From Candidatus Latescibacterota bacterium (GTDB lineage: Bacteria; Latescibacterota; UBA2968; UBA8231): a stretch of DNA of 64,000 nucleotides. A program made the translations under genes and the position numbers. This document shows positions 19,011 through 29,306 of this stretch, one piece after another; position 1 is the stretch's first letter; the number at the start of each line of letters is the position of its first letter. Location of the stretch: assembly GCA_965261395.1 (NCBI GenBank), contig OZ253462.1:3392001-3456000 (forward strand), in the 5' to 3' direction. The notes beneath the pieces are model-generated. The model was not told the DNA's origin, searched no databases, and saw only the letters and a program-made list of their open reading frames with translations.

Positions 19011-20291
19011 CTACCCTTCCTGCGTCGGGAGCTGGCCGTCGGCCTTGTCGCCGATGACCGAGGCCAGATCGATGCCGGTGGTGGCCTTGATGCTCTCGAA
19101 GAGCGCAGGGGCTAGCCCCCCGATCTGGCTGACGACCGCTGGCAGGCCGCTCTGATCGCCGTTGCCAGAACCGACGACGGCGAGGTGGTCAATCTTGATG
19201 TCCTTGGCCATGGCGGTGATTTGCTCGACCAAGTTCGGCAGCATCTGGATCAACAACAGCTCCTTGCCATTGGGGCCAGCGATGGTCCAGACTTCGCTCT
19301 TCTGTTTGAGCACCTCGATCTCGGCGAGGCCATTTTCGAGGATGTTGGCCGCCTCGCCCTTGGCGCGCAATTCGGCAGCGTCGCGATCGGCGCGGGCCGG
19401 CTCAATGATCTCGATTTCGAGCCGGCGCTTTTGCAGCGCTAGGCGCTCCTGCTCAACCTGCTGCTCGGCCTGGACTTCGGCTTTGCGGGCAATTTGCGCG
19501 GCGCGCTTCTCGGCAGCCAAGCCCTCGCCTTCCAGCTCGGCCTTGCGGACGCGGAGCAAGTTTTGCGCATCGACGATCTGGACTTGGGCCTCGGCGTCGG
19601 CGACTTCGCCGCGACGGCGGGCCTCGGCGGATTTCTCCTGTGATTCGGCGCGGTTTTCCGCCTCGGCGACTTCCGCCTCTTTGAGGATCGAGGCGGTGCT
19701 CCGGCGGCCGATAGCGTCGAGATAGCCGACATCATCGGAGACGTTCTGGATTTTGAGCGTGTCGAGCACTAGGCCCAACTTCTGCAGATCGACGTCGGCC
19801 TCGTCGATGAGCGATCCGGCGAATTTGAGGCGGTCCTCGTTGACTTCTTCGGGGGTCAGCGTAGCGAGGACACCGCGCAGGTTGCCTTCGAGGGTATCTT
19901 TGGCAATGTCCTGAACTTCGTTGAGCTGGATGCCCAGGAATCGCTCTAGCGCGTTGCCGAGCAGCGGCTCGTCGCCGGCAATTTTGATATTGGCGATGCC
20001 TTGCACCGACAGCGGGATGCCGCCTTTGGAGTACGCGTTGGCGATCGATAATTCGAGGGGGATCGTGCGCAAGTCGAGGCGATCGACCTTTTCGAGGAGC
20101 GGGATGCGGAAGGCGCGGCCTCCCTTAATCACGCGGTAGCCCACCGCACGCCCATCGGCCGTCTGGCGTTTGCGGCCCGAGAAAATGATGACTTCGTTGG
20201 GCTGGCAGATAAAGAGGTTCGTCCTGACGATGACGATCACCAAGACGAGCAACACAGCGAAAACTAGGGCAAAGGTCAGAAGCATTTCCAT
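19011..20291 (-). CDS. Flotillin family (SPFH domain) protein
   Basis: N-terminal TM; ICQPNEVIIFSGR; TLEGNLRGVLATLTPEEVNEDR; Ala/Glu-rich coiled coil. Confidence 0.92.
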   Translation of the reverse strand: MEMLLTFALVFAVLLVLVIVIVRTNLFICQPNEVIIFSGRKRQTADGRAVGYRVIKGGRAFRIPLLEKVDRLDLRTIPLELSIANAYSKGGIPLSVQGIANIKIAGDEPLLGNALERFLGIQLNEVQDIAKDTLEGNLRGVLATLTPEEVNEDRLKFAGSLIDEADVDLQKLGLVLDTLKIQNVSDDVGYLDAIGRRSTASILKEAEVAEAENRAESQEKSAEARRRGEVADAEAQVQIVDAQNLLRVRKAELEGEGLAAEKRAAQIARKAEVQAEQQVEQERLALQKRRLEIEIIEPARADRDAAELRAKGEAANILENGLAEIEVLKQKSEVWTIAGPNGKELLLIQMLPNLVEQITAMAKDIKIDHLAVVGSGNGDQSGLPAVVSQIGGLAPALFESIKATTGIDLASVIGDKADGQLPTQEG

Positions 20292-20317
20292 CTGGCACCT
20301 CCACAGGTTGGTTTGTG

Positions 20318-20345
20318 GTAGGGGCGACCGGCCGGTCGCCCCTAC
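20318..20345. repeat. Perfect 28-bp palindrome, GTAG-type REP-like element
   Basis: GTAGGGGCGACCGG|CCGGTCGCCCCTAC, intergenic between the sulfatase and flotillin genes. Confidence 0.75.
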
Positions 20346-20363
20346 GTAACGTCAGTTAGCAAT

Positions 20364-21824
20364 CTAATACGCGCCTTTAATTCTCCCAAACCACCCGCGC
20401 AACGGATCGCCCAATTCCTCCATGTAGCGGCCCATCCGCTCCATCAGGTCTTGGCGCACGGCTTCATAAGCCGGATCGCCATATACGTTGTCTAGCTGAT
20501 AGGGGTCGCGTTGCAAGTCGTACAGCTCGCCCGGGTCGCCCGAATTAAAGGTGAACTGATGGGTGCGGGTGCGGACCATGCGCTGGTTGGCGACCGTAAA
20601 ATGGCGGTCGAACACGCAGTACACTTCCTCGCGCCCGTTCGCAAATGGGCGTCCCTCGATGGCCGGGAGAAAGGACTGGCCGTCGAGGTCGGATGGAACT
20701 TCGAGACCAGCGGCGTCGAGCGCCGAGAGCATGATTTCCTGCAAATAGACGAACTCGTCGCAGGCCGTGCCGGGAGCCTCGCAGTCGGGATGGGCGATGA
20801 CGAGTGGAATGCGATAGATCTCGTCGTACATGAACTCGCCCTTCTCGATCAGCTTGTGCGCGCCGAGGCAGTCGCCGTGATCGGCGGTATAGACGATGAT
20901 GGTGTTGTCGAGGACGCCCAGTTGTTCCAAGTGAGCCACCACCCGGCCGACCATGTCGTCAATCAAGGTGCAATGCCCAAAGTAGCGGGCGGCGATTTCC
21001 TGAAAGCCCTCCCAACCATAGTCCCCCAACCCCCACAGCCGTTCGATTAACTGCTGACGATAGGGTTTTTTCTCAAAGGTCTCGGCGTACCCAGGATGTT
21101 CGGGAATGGCCTTTGGATCGTACATGGAAAAGTACGGCTCCGGCACCAGCGAGGGACTGTGCGGCCCCCAGAAGTTGGCCCAGAGGAAAAAGGGCTGCTC
21201 ATCGGTGGCCACTTCGTCGAGGACGCGAATGGCCTCCTCGGCGACAAAATACTCAATGCACGACTCGACCGGCCCCTCGTGCAATGCGAACATCTCCTGA
21301 GCCTGATTCGAGGGGTTGGTGCCGACAAAGCGGTGCGAGACCGTCGGCGGCGGGTCAAAGCCGCGCTCCTTGAGATAATCGGCATACGGGTTGTGTCCCC
21401 TCGGCTTGGCCCCGAACTGCAAGCCGGGCAGCAGGTTGCCCCCCGGAAAGGCGTAGCCCATGAAGTCCTGGCCCGTGAACCCGTAGCCCGTCGGGCCGGT
21501 CTGCTCATCCACGTGCCACTTGCCAGCGTATCCGCAGCGATAGCCGACCTCATCCAGATAGTGATTTAATCCGCTCACGCCCTCGCGCAGGCACAGACCG
21601 TTGGCCGTGACCCCGTGCTTGTGCGGGTAGAGGCCCGTGTAAAAGGAAGCGCGGGCCGGCGAGCAGATCGCAGTCGGCGTGAAGGCCGAGTCAAAGCGAA
21701 TGCCGCGCGCGGCCAAGGCGTCGATGTGCGGCGTCTGGCACACCTTGTTAAGCCCATAGCAACTGACGGTGTCGAGCCGCTGCTGGTCGGACATCAAGAC
21801 GACGACATTAGGTTGCTTAGCCAT
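20364..21824 (-). CDS. Sulfatase (formylglycine-dependent, Cys type)
   Basis: PNVVVLMSDQ; CSPARAS (CxPxR); GKWH; YTADHG; ELYDLQRDP. Confidence 0.95.
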   Translation of the reverse strand: MAKQPNVVVLMSDQQRLDTVSCYGLNKVCQTPHIDALAARGIRFDSAFTPTAICSPARASFYTGLYPHKHGVTANGLCLREGVSGLNHYLDEVGYRCGYAGKWHVDEQTGPTGYGFTGQDFMGYAFPGGNLLPGLQFGAKPRGHNPYADYLKERGFDPPPTVSHRFVGTNPSNQAQEMFALHEGPVESCIEYFVAEEAIRVLDEVATDEQPFFLWANFWGPHSPSLVPEPYFSMYDPKAIPEHPGYAETFEKKPYRQQLIERLWGLGDYGWEGFQEIAARYFGHCTLIDDMVGRVVAHLEQLGVLDNTIIVYTADHGDCLGAHKLIEKGEFMYDEIYRIPLVIAHPDCEAPGTACDEFVYLQEIMLSALDAAGLEVPSDLDGQSFLPAIEGRPFANGREEVYCVFDRHFTVANQRMVRTRTHQFTFNSGDPGELYDLQRDPYQLDNVYGDPAYEAVRQDLMERMGRYMEELGDPLRGWFGRIKGAY

Positions 21825-22793
21825 TTAGCGCTTCTCGCTGCGCAAATCCAGCCACGCCATCTCCGCCTCAGTGAGCGGGTTGTCGAGTGCTTGGATGTTC
21901 GCCGCGATCTCATCGCCGCTCATGCTGCCGACCAAAGCGTAGATGTCGAGTGGATAGCTGAGCACGTACGACAAGGCGATCTGCGGCACCGACAGCCCCT
22001 TTTCTTGCGCCAGTGCCCACGCTCGGTCGAGCCGCTTGAAGTTGTCTTCGCAGTAGTACGATTTGGGCATGGTGCCGTCGAATTGGTCGCGCACTTGTTC
22101 GGCGTTGGCGCGGGTAACTTTGCCTGAGAAAAAGCCTCGAGCCACGCTCGACCAAGTAAAAAGCGGCATGTCGTGCGCCGCGTACCACGCGCGGGCGGCG
22201 GCTTGGCTCGGGCCGGCAATCGACAGGCAATCCTTCCACGGCTCGGCGATCTGATCGGCCAAGCTGAAGTTCGGGCTGGAGGCGGCAAAGGGCACCAGCC
22301 CGCGTTTATTCGCGTATTCGTTGGCCTCGGCTAATCGCTCCGGCGTCCAATTCGAGCCACCGAAGGCGTGGATGCGACCGGCCGCGTGGTGCTCGTTGAG
22401 CGCCTCGACAATGGGACCGACCAGCACTGCCGGATCGTCTCGGTGCAAAAGGTAGAGGTCGATGTAGTCGGAGCGCAGCCGCACTAGCGAGTCGGCCATG
22501 TCCGAGGCGATGTCGTACGGGGTGACGCGGTTGCGGTCCTGGTTGAGGTGGGCGCCCTTGCCAATGATGACGATTTCATCGCGGTTACCCCTTTCCTCCA
22601 TCCACAGCCCGAGCATGCGATCCACTTCGCCGCCGCCGTAGCCGTGAGCCGAGTCATACGTAGTGATGCCGACCTGCCGAGCGGCGTCGAGCAGGGCGAA
22701 GCCTTCTTCCTTGTGGCTGCGATTGAGCATGATGGAGCCTTGAACTATGCGCGAGATCTTCTTTTTGATGCCTTGTAGGTTGCCGTATTGCAC
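21825..22793 (-). CDS. Aldo/keto reductase
   Basis: GITTYDSAHGYG; SLVRLRSDYIDLYLLHR; FGGSNW. Confidence 0.92.
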   Translation of the reverse strand: MQYGNLQGIKKKISRIVQGSIMLNRSHKEEGFALLDAARQVGITTYDSAHGYGGGEVDRMLGLWMEERGNRDEIVIIGKGAHLNQDRNRVTPYDIASDMADSLVRLRSDYIDLYLLHRDDPAVLVGPIVEALNEHHAAGRIHAFGGSNWTPERLAEANEYANKRGLVPFAASSPNFSLADQIAEPWKDCLSIAGPSQAAARAWYAAHDMPLFTWSSVARGFFSGKVTRANAEQVRDQFDGTMPKSYYCEDNFKRLDRAWALAQEKGLSVPQIALSYVLSYPLDIYALVGSMSGDEIAANIQALDNPLTEAEMAWLDLRSEKR

Positions 22794-22807
22794 GAGTATT
22801 TTCCTTT

Positions 22808-23791
22808 CTATTCCATTGGGTATTTAAGGCCGATCTGAGCGCGGATTTCGTCGAGGATCCGCATCAGTGCCACGGTTTCGTCGAGCGGCATGACCGCGCT
22901 TTCAGTCAGACCTTGGCCGAGACAGCGGGCGACTTCTTGTGCTTCGTAGTTGTAGCCATTGCCCGCCAAGGGCAATTCGATGCGCTCTTCGCGGCCCCCG
23001 GCTATGAGCGTGGCACTTTCGCCCTTCCACCACGCCGGGTCAATGGCAATCGTCCCCTCGCTGCCGACGATGCGGGCCTCGTGCGGGGTCGTGGCACGGA
23101 TGGCACAAGAGAGGTTGGCGATGGCTCCGCTGCTATAGCGGAGCACGATGCCGGTTTGCTCGTCAACGCCGGTTTCGCCGAGGTGCGCGGCCGCGGCGAC
23201 CTGGGCTGGTTGCGACCCGAGCACCATCGCCGCAAAGGAGACGACGTAGATGCCGATGTCGAGCAGGGCACCGCCGCCCAAAGCGGGATTGAAGAGCCGG
23301 CCAGCGGGATTGACGCCAGCGCGAAAACCAAAGTCAGCGCTGACCATCAGCGGCTCGCCGATAGCACCGGCGTCGAGCCACTGGCGCACCTGCACCATGA
23401 TGGGCAGGTAGCGGGACCACATGGCCTCCATCAGCAAGACGCCCTTGGCGCGAGCACAGGCGACGACGGCTTCGGCCTCGGCGGCGTTGATGGTAAAGGG
23501 CTTCTCGCAGAGCACGGCCTTGCCGGCTTCGAGGCAGAGGATCGCATTGTCTTGGTGGAAGGGATGAGGGGTGGCCACGTACACCGCGTCGATATCGGGA
23601 TCGGTGCTGAGGGCCTCGTACGAGGCGTGGCGGTTGGGGGCACCGTACTGGTCTGCAAAGGCGTCGGCACGCTGCTGGTCGCGCGAGCCAACGGCGACCA
23701 ACTCTCCTGCGGGAGTGGCCTGGAGGCCGCCGGCGAATTTGTGGGCAATGCTGCCCGGGCCGAGAATGCCCCAGCGGATGGGTTCGGTCAT
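22808..23791 (-). CDS. Gfo/Idh/MocA family oxidoreductase
   Basis: WGILGPGSIA; VYVATPH; VLCEKP; GGGALLDIGIY. Confidence 0.93.
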   Translation of the reverse strand: MTEPIRWGILGPGSIAHKFAGGLQATPAGELVAVGSRDQQRADAFADQYGAPNRHASYEALSTDPDIDAVYVATPHPFHQDNAILCLEAGKAVLCEKPFTINAAEAEAVVACARAKGVLLMEAMWSRYLPIMVQVRQWLDAGAIGEPLMVSADFGFRAGVNPAGRLFNPALGGGALLDIGIYVVSFAAMVLGSQPAQVAAAAHLGETGVDEQTGIVLRYSSGAIANLSCAIRATTPHEARIVGSEGTIAIDPAWWKGESATLIAGGREERIELPLAGNGYNYEAQEVARCLGQGLTESAVMPLDETVALMRILDEIRAQIGLKYPME

Positions 23792-24054
23792 GGACGCTCC
23801 TATTGAGACGAATTACGAATCGGGCTGATGGAAAAAATAAGTGAGGGTATAGTTTGGCAGTGCGCAGGAAAGGCGTCAACCTAGCTTTGAGCGGCAAAGG
23901 CGCGGGCGTTTTGGCAGAGCTTCAGCCACGGCGCGATTTTAGCAGAACGCACTCGATCTTCCTATATTTTTTAAAACGGTTTCACCTCTCCATCTCTCGG
24001 GCACAAATCGCCTTGTGAAATCGTTTCTCGCACCCCCTTCTTCGGCAGGTTGCC

Positions 24055-25527
24055 ATGAGGCGTGGCCTCAGCTTGTGGTCGCTTATCCTGGTTGCAGCAT
24101 GCGCGTCGGAGCAACAGCCTCCCGACGGGCCCGGTGGGCAGACGGTCTCTATCCAAGAAGGCGAGCGCCTGAATAATCGCGGGGTCCGCTTGCTGCACAA
24201 CGGACGTCCCCGCAGCGCTCTGGTAGCCTTCCACCAAGCCGTGGAAATACTGCCCGACTCGGCAGAAATCCATTTAAACATGGGTTTGGCATACGCACAA
24301 TTGAAACAGTATCCGGAAGCTATCGCGGCTTTTGAAAAGGCCGATGTGCTGCATCTTCCCAATCCCGATGACTTGTTCTTCTCCCTTGGTATGGCCCTAT
24401 ATGCCCAGCGCCGCTATGGGAGTGCGATCGAAAGGTTTCAGCAGGCCTTTGAACTAGCACCCAAACGGCCCGAATACTCCTTTCACCTCGGCGAGAGCAA
24501 AAGATCTATTGGCGATCTTGACGGTGCCATAAAGGCCTATGAGGAGACCATACGTCTGGAGCAAGGACATGTACAAGCCCATTACTATCGCGGCTTATTG
24601 CTGGCGTACAGCAACCAACCGGATTCGGCTGCAACTAGCTTCAGGCGCGTCCTAGAGTTAGACCCAGAGCATGTCTCCGCCCACCTGGGCCTGGGAAAAG
24701 TCTACACCGAGCAGGGGCGCTATCAGGAAGCCATAGAGATCCTGCAACAAGGTGCGAATCTGGAGCCGAGGAATACCAGTATCCACTTCACCTTGAGCCA
24801 AGCCTACCTAAAAGCCGGACAACCTCGGCAAAGAGAGTCCGCTCTAAAGACGTTTCAACAGCTCGACAATGCGGCAAAGCACTTCGACCAGGGGAAACGC
24901 TATGCCAGCCAGGGGGCCTGGGCCTTGGCGGCCTCCTCACTGAGTCGGGCCATTCAGATAGATTCCTCTTTTGTCGAGCCCTATTTCACCTTGGGCAAAG
25001 TGCACTTACAGCAAGAAATGCCCGGGCCGGCCATTTTGCCGCTGCAGCAGGCCATTGCTCTAGATCCACAAAATCCAGAACCTCACAACCTCTTGGGCAA
25101 TATCTACTTGATGCAGGATGATCCTGTGGCGGCCCGGCAGTCCTATTTGCAGGCTCTGCGTCTCGAACCGGAATCCGCCCAAGCGTTCTACGGCCTAGGC
25201 CGCGCTAGTCTTCTCCTCAAAGATCTGCCAGCAGCCACCCGCGCCTTTAGCCGGGCCCTGGCCAGTGAACCAGAATACAGAGACGCCTATTATCATCTTG
25301 GACTCGCCTACGCCGGACAACGGCGCTATCGCCAAGCCGTCACTTGCTTCCGGGAAACCGTGGTGATTGATCCCTCCTATTCGGAAGCCTATTATGCCTT
25401 GGGCTTGGCCTTGGCCGAACAAAAAGACCATGCCAGCGCCAAGGAGGCCATAGAAAAAGCGCTCGAGTTGAGACCGGACTATTCCGCAGCCCAAGCCATC
25501 CTGAAAGAACTAGAGCGAGATCTGTAA
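24055..25527 (+). CDS. Tetratricopeptide repeat (lipo)protein
   Basis: Lipobox-like LVAAC followed by many 34-aa TPR units (e.g. AYYHLGLAYAGQRRYRQAVTCFRETVVIDP). Confidence 0.9.
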   Translation: MRRGLSLWSLILVAACASEQQPPDGPGGQTVSIQEGERLNNRGVRLLHNGRPRSALVAFHQAVEILPDSAEIHLNMGLAYAQLKQYPEAIAAFEKADVLHLPNPDDLFFSLGMALYAQRRYGSAIERFQQAFELAPKRPEYSFHLGESKRSIGDLDGAIKAYEETIRLEQGHVQAHYYRGLLLAYSNQPDSAATSFRRVLELDPEHVSAHLGLGKVYTEQGRYQEAIEILQQGANLEPRNTSIHFTLSQAYLKAGQPRQRESALKTFQQLDNAAKHFDQGKRYASQGAWALAASSLSRAIQIDSSFVEPYFTLGKVHLQQEMPGPAILPLQQAIALDPQNPEPHNLLGNIYLMQDDPVAARQSYLQALRLEPESAQAFYGLGRASLLLKDLPAATRAFSRALASEPEYRDAYYHLGLAYAGQRRYRQAVTCFRETVVIDPSYSEAYYALGLALAEQKDHASAKEAIEKALELRPDYSAAQAILKELERDL

Positions 25528-25557
25528 GAGCCGTCTAAAAATTCCGCATGGCTAGGC

Positions 25558-27861
25558 TCATACCCAGAAAATGGCATTGCCCACCTTTCCGGTGAAGTAA
25601 TCGACAATCAGCCATGCGCCATTGCACAGAGCCTGTCCCGAGATCAAGCCAAGAAAAAAGGCCTGGCTGCGCGTATAGTGGCCGGCTCCTCCATACTTGA
25701 GCACCAGCTTCTTTATTAGCCAGGCCAAAAACACGCTGAACCAGACGTAGTCCATCATGCTGTTGGCCCCGATGGGAAATCCCAGCGGGTGCACCGGCCA
25801 CCAGAGCAAGCGCTGGCGCAGCCACGTCAACAGGAACATCGCGGCACCCCCCCCGACGCAAAAGCCCAACCCGACCCTGTCAATTCCAGAGGGTTCCATA
25901 TTCCTCAAGGCACTGTCGTAAACTGCGGACGGAGCTCCGTGAAAGAACCAGCTATTCAGATTGATTCCACCGTACTTGTAGCTCGTGTGGAAGATCATCC
26001 AGCACGCGCCCAGACTGCCAATTAGCAGTGCCAAGATAATACTCCAGAACGCACAGCGCCGGCTTGGGCGGCCCATCTCCTCGACCAGCTTTAGGCCGTT
26101 GGCACAGGTGGCCATGACGAATACCCGGAGACTGCCGCTCCACATATAGCCCATGGATAAATTGAACACACCGGTCGGGCCCACTAGCTGGGACCCCAAA
26201 CCCTGGATCAGCAGATCTGGGGCGATCATAGGAGTTCGCACAGCAGCCAGTCCGGCTTCGGCCACGACGCGGGTAATGCCGACAAAAATCATCATTGCAA
26301 CCACCACAAATACCAGCGAGATCCACCACGGAGTCCCCAAGGCCCACAGCCAGCCCACCATCACTAGGACGCCCCCTGCACCCCCGATCACGGCACTGCG
26401 GTAGGAGCATATCTCGTCCCCATCGTCGATATGAGGTGCCCTGCCAAGTGCTTTCAGCACGACATTTTTGAGATGTTCCCGGCCGCTCCACAAGCCCAGC
26501 ACGACCAGAGTCAGCAGGGCCCCGACCCCTTGGTAGGCCAGAAAGGGAGAATCGCTCACGCCAAAGACAATGTGTTGTTCGGATTGCAAGCCGATAGCGG
26601 GCAAAACGGCCTTCTCCATCTTGAGTAACAAGTAGAAAAACCAAATCCCGGCGGCGACATGGGTATTGATCAGGTAGGAAAATCCCAAAATCATGAAGGT
26701 TATGTGGAGCTGCAGGGTATGGGGCGGAAAGAAGGGAATGATCCAGGTGAGTTGAAAGGGGCTGAAGGCGGGATTGTAACGGTGCAGAGCGATGAGACTA
26801 CCGACGATGAACGGGATGGAACAGCCCGCCCACATAGCCCAGCTCTTGAAAAAGCCGTTGACTAGTTGGCCAGAATCTTCCCCGCGCACCATGGCCAGAG
26901 GCACCTGGGTAATGGGATAGGCCAGCCGCTCTCGCTCCACCCATTGCCGTCGCAGGATCACCGCAGTACATACCATGGCTACGTACAGGGCTAGCAGGAA
27001 AATCCCCCACCAGACCAGCGGCTCTACCCAAGCTGAGAAGGGGATGTCGTGTCCGGCCTGGGAAATGCCCTCGTAGAAGCTCCTATTGTCGTTGCCGTCG
27101 TCGACCAGGATATGGTGCTCGGGCACATGGGGCAAAAGCTTCTCCATCCACTCGTTCTCCGGCGAGGCATAGTAGAAAAGGGCGGTCAGCATGGGCAGCA
27201 GTTGCTCGCTCAACCCCATAGTGCACAGAGCTGAGACGATTAGTAGCATGAGGTAGACCAGGATGAGTTCCGACCTATTCAGCGCCAAACTGGCCCCGTC
27301 TTGCACCACCTTGACGTTGAGCAGCGCCGTAATGACGACAAAGGTGGAAAAAATCAAGCCAGGAGAATGGGGATCAAGCTCGTCGAAGGGCCAGAAGGCA
27401 TAGGCATAGGCCCCAATTAGGATAAAGGCGAAAAGCAAGGCGGAGAGAAGTCCTCTGGCCGCCAGTTTGAAGCAGAGATTGAGTACCCCGATGAGGAAGA
27501 GGAAGAGGAAGATGGCTCCCGGTGTGCTGAAATCGAGAGCCATGTACGAGCCCCGGATAACCATATTGCCGTAGGGGGCTCCAATGGCTAGGAAAAAGCT
27601 CAGAAAAGTCCCCACCCAGAACGCCCGGAAGGACAGTTTCTGCGATCTGGCCCCTTCCGCCCTGCGGCGCTCAAGGAAATGCCTGTACGTCTTGGGAATC
27701 AATTGCTGCAGATATGCACTCCTCGCCTTGGGCAAGCCCGCAACGGATTCGACGTCTCGGAGTAGATAGCCTGAGTCTTGGAACGCCACTAATCCGCCTC
27801 TACCGGCCGTAGAGGACGCTATATTGTCTCCCAAGGAACCGACCTGCCGAATCGCCGCCAT
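25558..27861 (-). CDS. Large polytopic membrane protein, DUF6785/DUF6784-like; paralog 1
   Basis: Many TM segments; GSYMALDFS, YYASPENEW, LRRQWVERERLAYP, WWPVHPLG, LKYGG...FFLGLISG shared with three paralogs in the window. Start uncertain. Confidence 0.8.
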   Translation of the reverse strand: MAAIRQVGSLGDNIASSTAGRGGLVAFQDSGYLLRDVESVAGLPKARSAYLQQLIPKTYRHFLERRRAEGARSQKLSFRAFWVGTFLSFFLAIGAPYGNMVIRGSYMALDFSTPGAIFLFLFLIGVLNLCFKLAARGLLSALLFAFILIGAYAYAFWPFDELDPHSPGLIFSTFVVITALLNVKVVQDGASLALNRSELILVYLMLLIVSALCTMGLSEQLLPMLTALFYYASPENEWMEKLLPHVPEHHILVDDGNDNRSFYEGISQAGHDIPFSAWVEPLVWWGIFLLALYVAMVCTAVILRRQWVERERLAYPITQVPLAMVRGEDSGQLVNGFFKSWAMWAGCSIPFIVGSLIALHRYNPAFSPFQLTWIIPFFPPHTLQLHITFMILGFSYLINTHVAAGIWFFYLLLKMEKAVLPAIGLQSEQHIVFGVSDSPFLAYQGVGALLTLVVLGLWSGREHLKNVVLKALGRAPHIDDGDEICSYRSAVIGGAGGVLVMVGWLWALGTPWWISLVFVVVAMMIFVGITRVVAEAGLAAVRTPMIAPDLLIQGLGSQLVGPTGVFNLSMGYMWSGSLRVFVMATCANGLKLVEEMGRPSRRCAFWSIILALLIGSLGACWMIFHTSYKYGGINLNSWFFHGAPSAVYDSALRNMEPSGIDRVGLGFCVGGGAAMFLLTWLRQRLLWWPVHPLGFPIGANSMMDYVWFSVFLAWLIKKLVLKYGGAGHYTRSQAFFLGLISGQALCNGAWLIVDYFTGKVGNAIFWV

Positions 27862-28207
27862 AAAATATAAACGTATTGCCCTAAAATACCCTCCTCTTGA
27901 GGATATACAAACCCGCCCGCAGTTCTCTAAGTTGATGTTTTGTCAATTTCTGGAAATTCTCGACACATTAGTCAATCATTTTTTGCTTGACTTTATTGTC
28001 AGTATATTTTATGGATTAGTGATTAATTATGCTCTCCGTACCTTTTTCAACTTTTCTAACCTTATATTTTTTCAATATTTTTCAAAAAGAAAGGAGGAAG
28101 ATAGAGCTGTCTTTTTTCATTGTTCCGAGCACTATTTTCGTGCTTCCTCATACGAGAAACTCTCAAGAGCGAGGAAACTGAAAATCTACTTATCGGAGGA
28201 AGAAAGC

Positions 28208-29116
28208 ATGAGACGCTTTACTCTTTTCTTTTTAATCTTGGGTTTAGGCATAGGACTTCCCAGCGATGCCAGGGCCCACATTGGAGACAATGTGTATTTG
28301 TTCTTCGAGATTGCCGATGAAGATCTCGAAGAGTTCGATTTTACGGATGGAACGATCGAGGAGTGGGAAGAGATCGTCGGGGAACCATCCTTGCTGCCGG
28401 GAAACTTCATCTTTTCTGAGACCGTAGGGGATGGAGCCCAGTACGATCCGGCCGACATGGACTTCCGGATCTGGTTGGGCTGGAACGCGACTACAGACCG
28501 TTTCTACTACGGGGTGTGGAGATCGGACAACGTCTACATCAACGAGTATGCCGGCGGCAATCCAGGCGAGATATGGCGACACGACTCCATATCCTTCAAG
28601 ATCGATGCCGATCATTCGGGCGGGCCGTATCAATTCAGTCAGGACGACTTTGAGACCGAAGAGGATTACAAACTGGCTAGGGGGTCTCATGCCCAAATGT
28701 TCAATTTTATCCCCACCTCGCCCGACGACATCATAGTCGGGCATACCACCGAAGCCGGGGAGTGGCTCGTTTCCCCGCCCTTCAGTGAATCGGGTGGGGC
28801 CGCGGTGGGCCAGAATCCCACTATCCTGATCAACGAAGCCTATATAACTGCTTTTGACAGGCTGATCTACAATGATCCGGCGGGGAGCGTGGTGTCCGAT
28901 CTTTTCCCCGGCAAAATCATCGGTTTTGAAACCTCTCCTTCCGACTTCGACACCGAGCCGACTGCGTACCGCTCTTTTTCCACCCTGTCGGGTCAGTCTG
29001 GAACCAGCGGCGAATCCAGTCGTTTTGTCGATGGGCGTCTGATCGGCGTAAGCGGAGACGATACCGCTGTCGAGAGGAACTCCTGGGGGCGCATCAAAGC
29101 TTCTTTCGAAGATTGA
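28208..29116 (+). CDS. Secreted acidic protein (possible CBM9/DOMON-like sugar-binding fold) with C-terminal SWGRIK tail
   Basis: GGAGG RBS, ATG 28208; signal peptide ending ARA; DGTIEEW, D.IS.KIDADHSGG; C-terminus DTAVERNSWGRIKASFED. Confidence 0.75.
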   Translation: MRRFTLFFLILGLGIGLPSDARAHIGDNVYLFFEIADEDLEEFDFTDGTIEEWEEIVGEPSLLPGNFIFSETVGDGAQYDPADMDFRIWLGWNATTDRFYYGVWRSDNVYINEYAGGNPGEIWRHDSISFKIDADHSGGPYQFSQDDFETEEDYKLARGSHAQMFNFIPTSPDDIIVGHTTEAGEWLVSPPFSESGGAAVGQNPTILINEAYITAFDRLIYNDPAGSVVSDLFPGKIIGFETSPSDFDTEPTAYRSFSTLSGQSGTSGESSRFVDGRLIGVSGDDTAVERNSWGRIKASFED

Positions 29117-29173
29117 ACTAGGAGCTCCAGCCCAGCAAGGCCGCCTTGGGCTCAGATACAAGCGGCTAACTAG

Positions 29174-29220
29174 AACAGTCCCAATAGCGCATGTGTAATG
29201 TGCTATTGGGACTGTTTATT
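29174..29220 (+). terminator. Long hairpin / probable terminator
   Basis: AACAGTCCCAATAGC...GCTATTGGGACTGTT followed by TATT. Confidence 0.7.
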
Positions 29221-29306
29221 ATTCCTCCAGATAGCTAATCGCCGGAGCGTTGGAGTCCGGCGGATAGTCCCCATTCATCTCCACCTTTAGACCTTTGCAC
29301 AGTGCC

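Noticed and set aside
27824-28207. 128-aa N-terminal extension of the 430-aa ORF
   Set aside because: AT-rich intergenic DNA; the RBS, signal peptide and paralog all point to ATG 28208.
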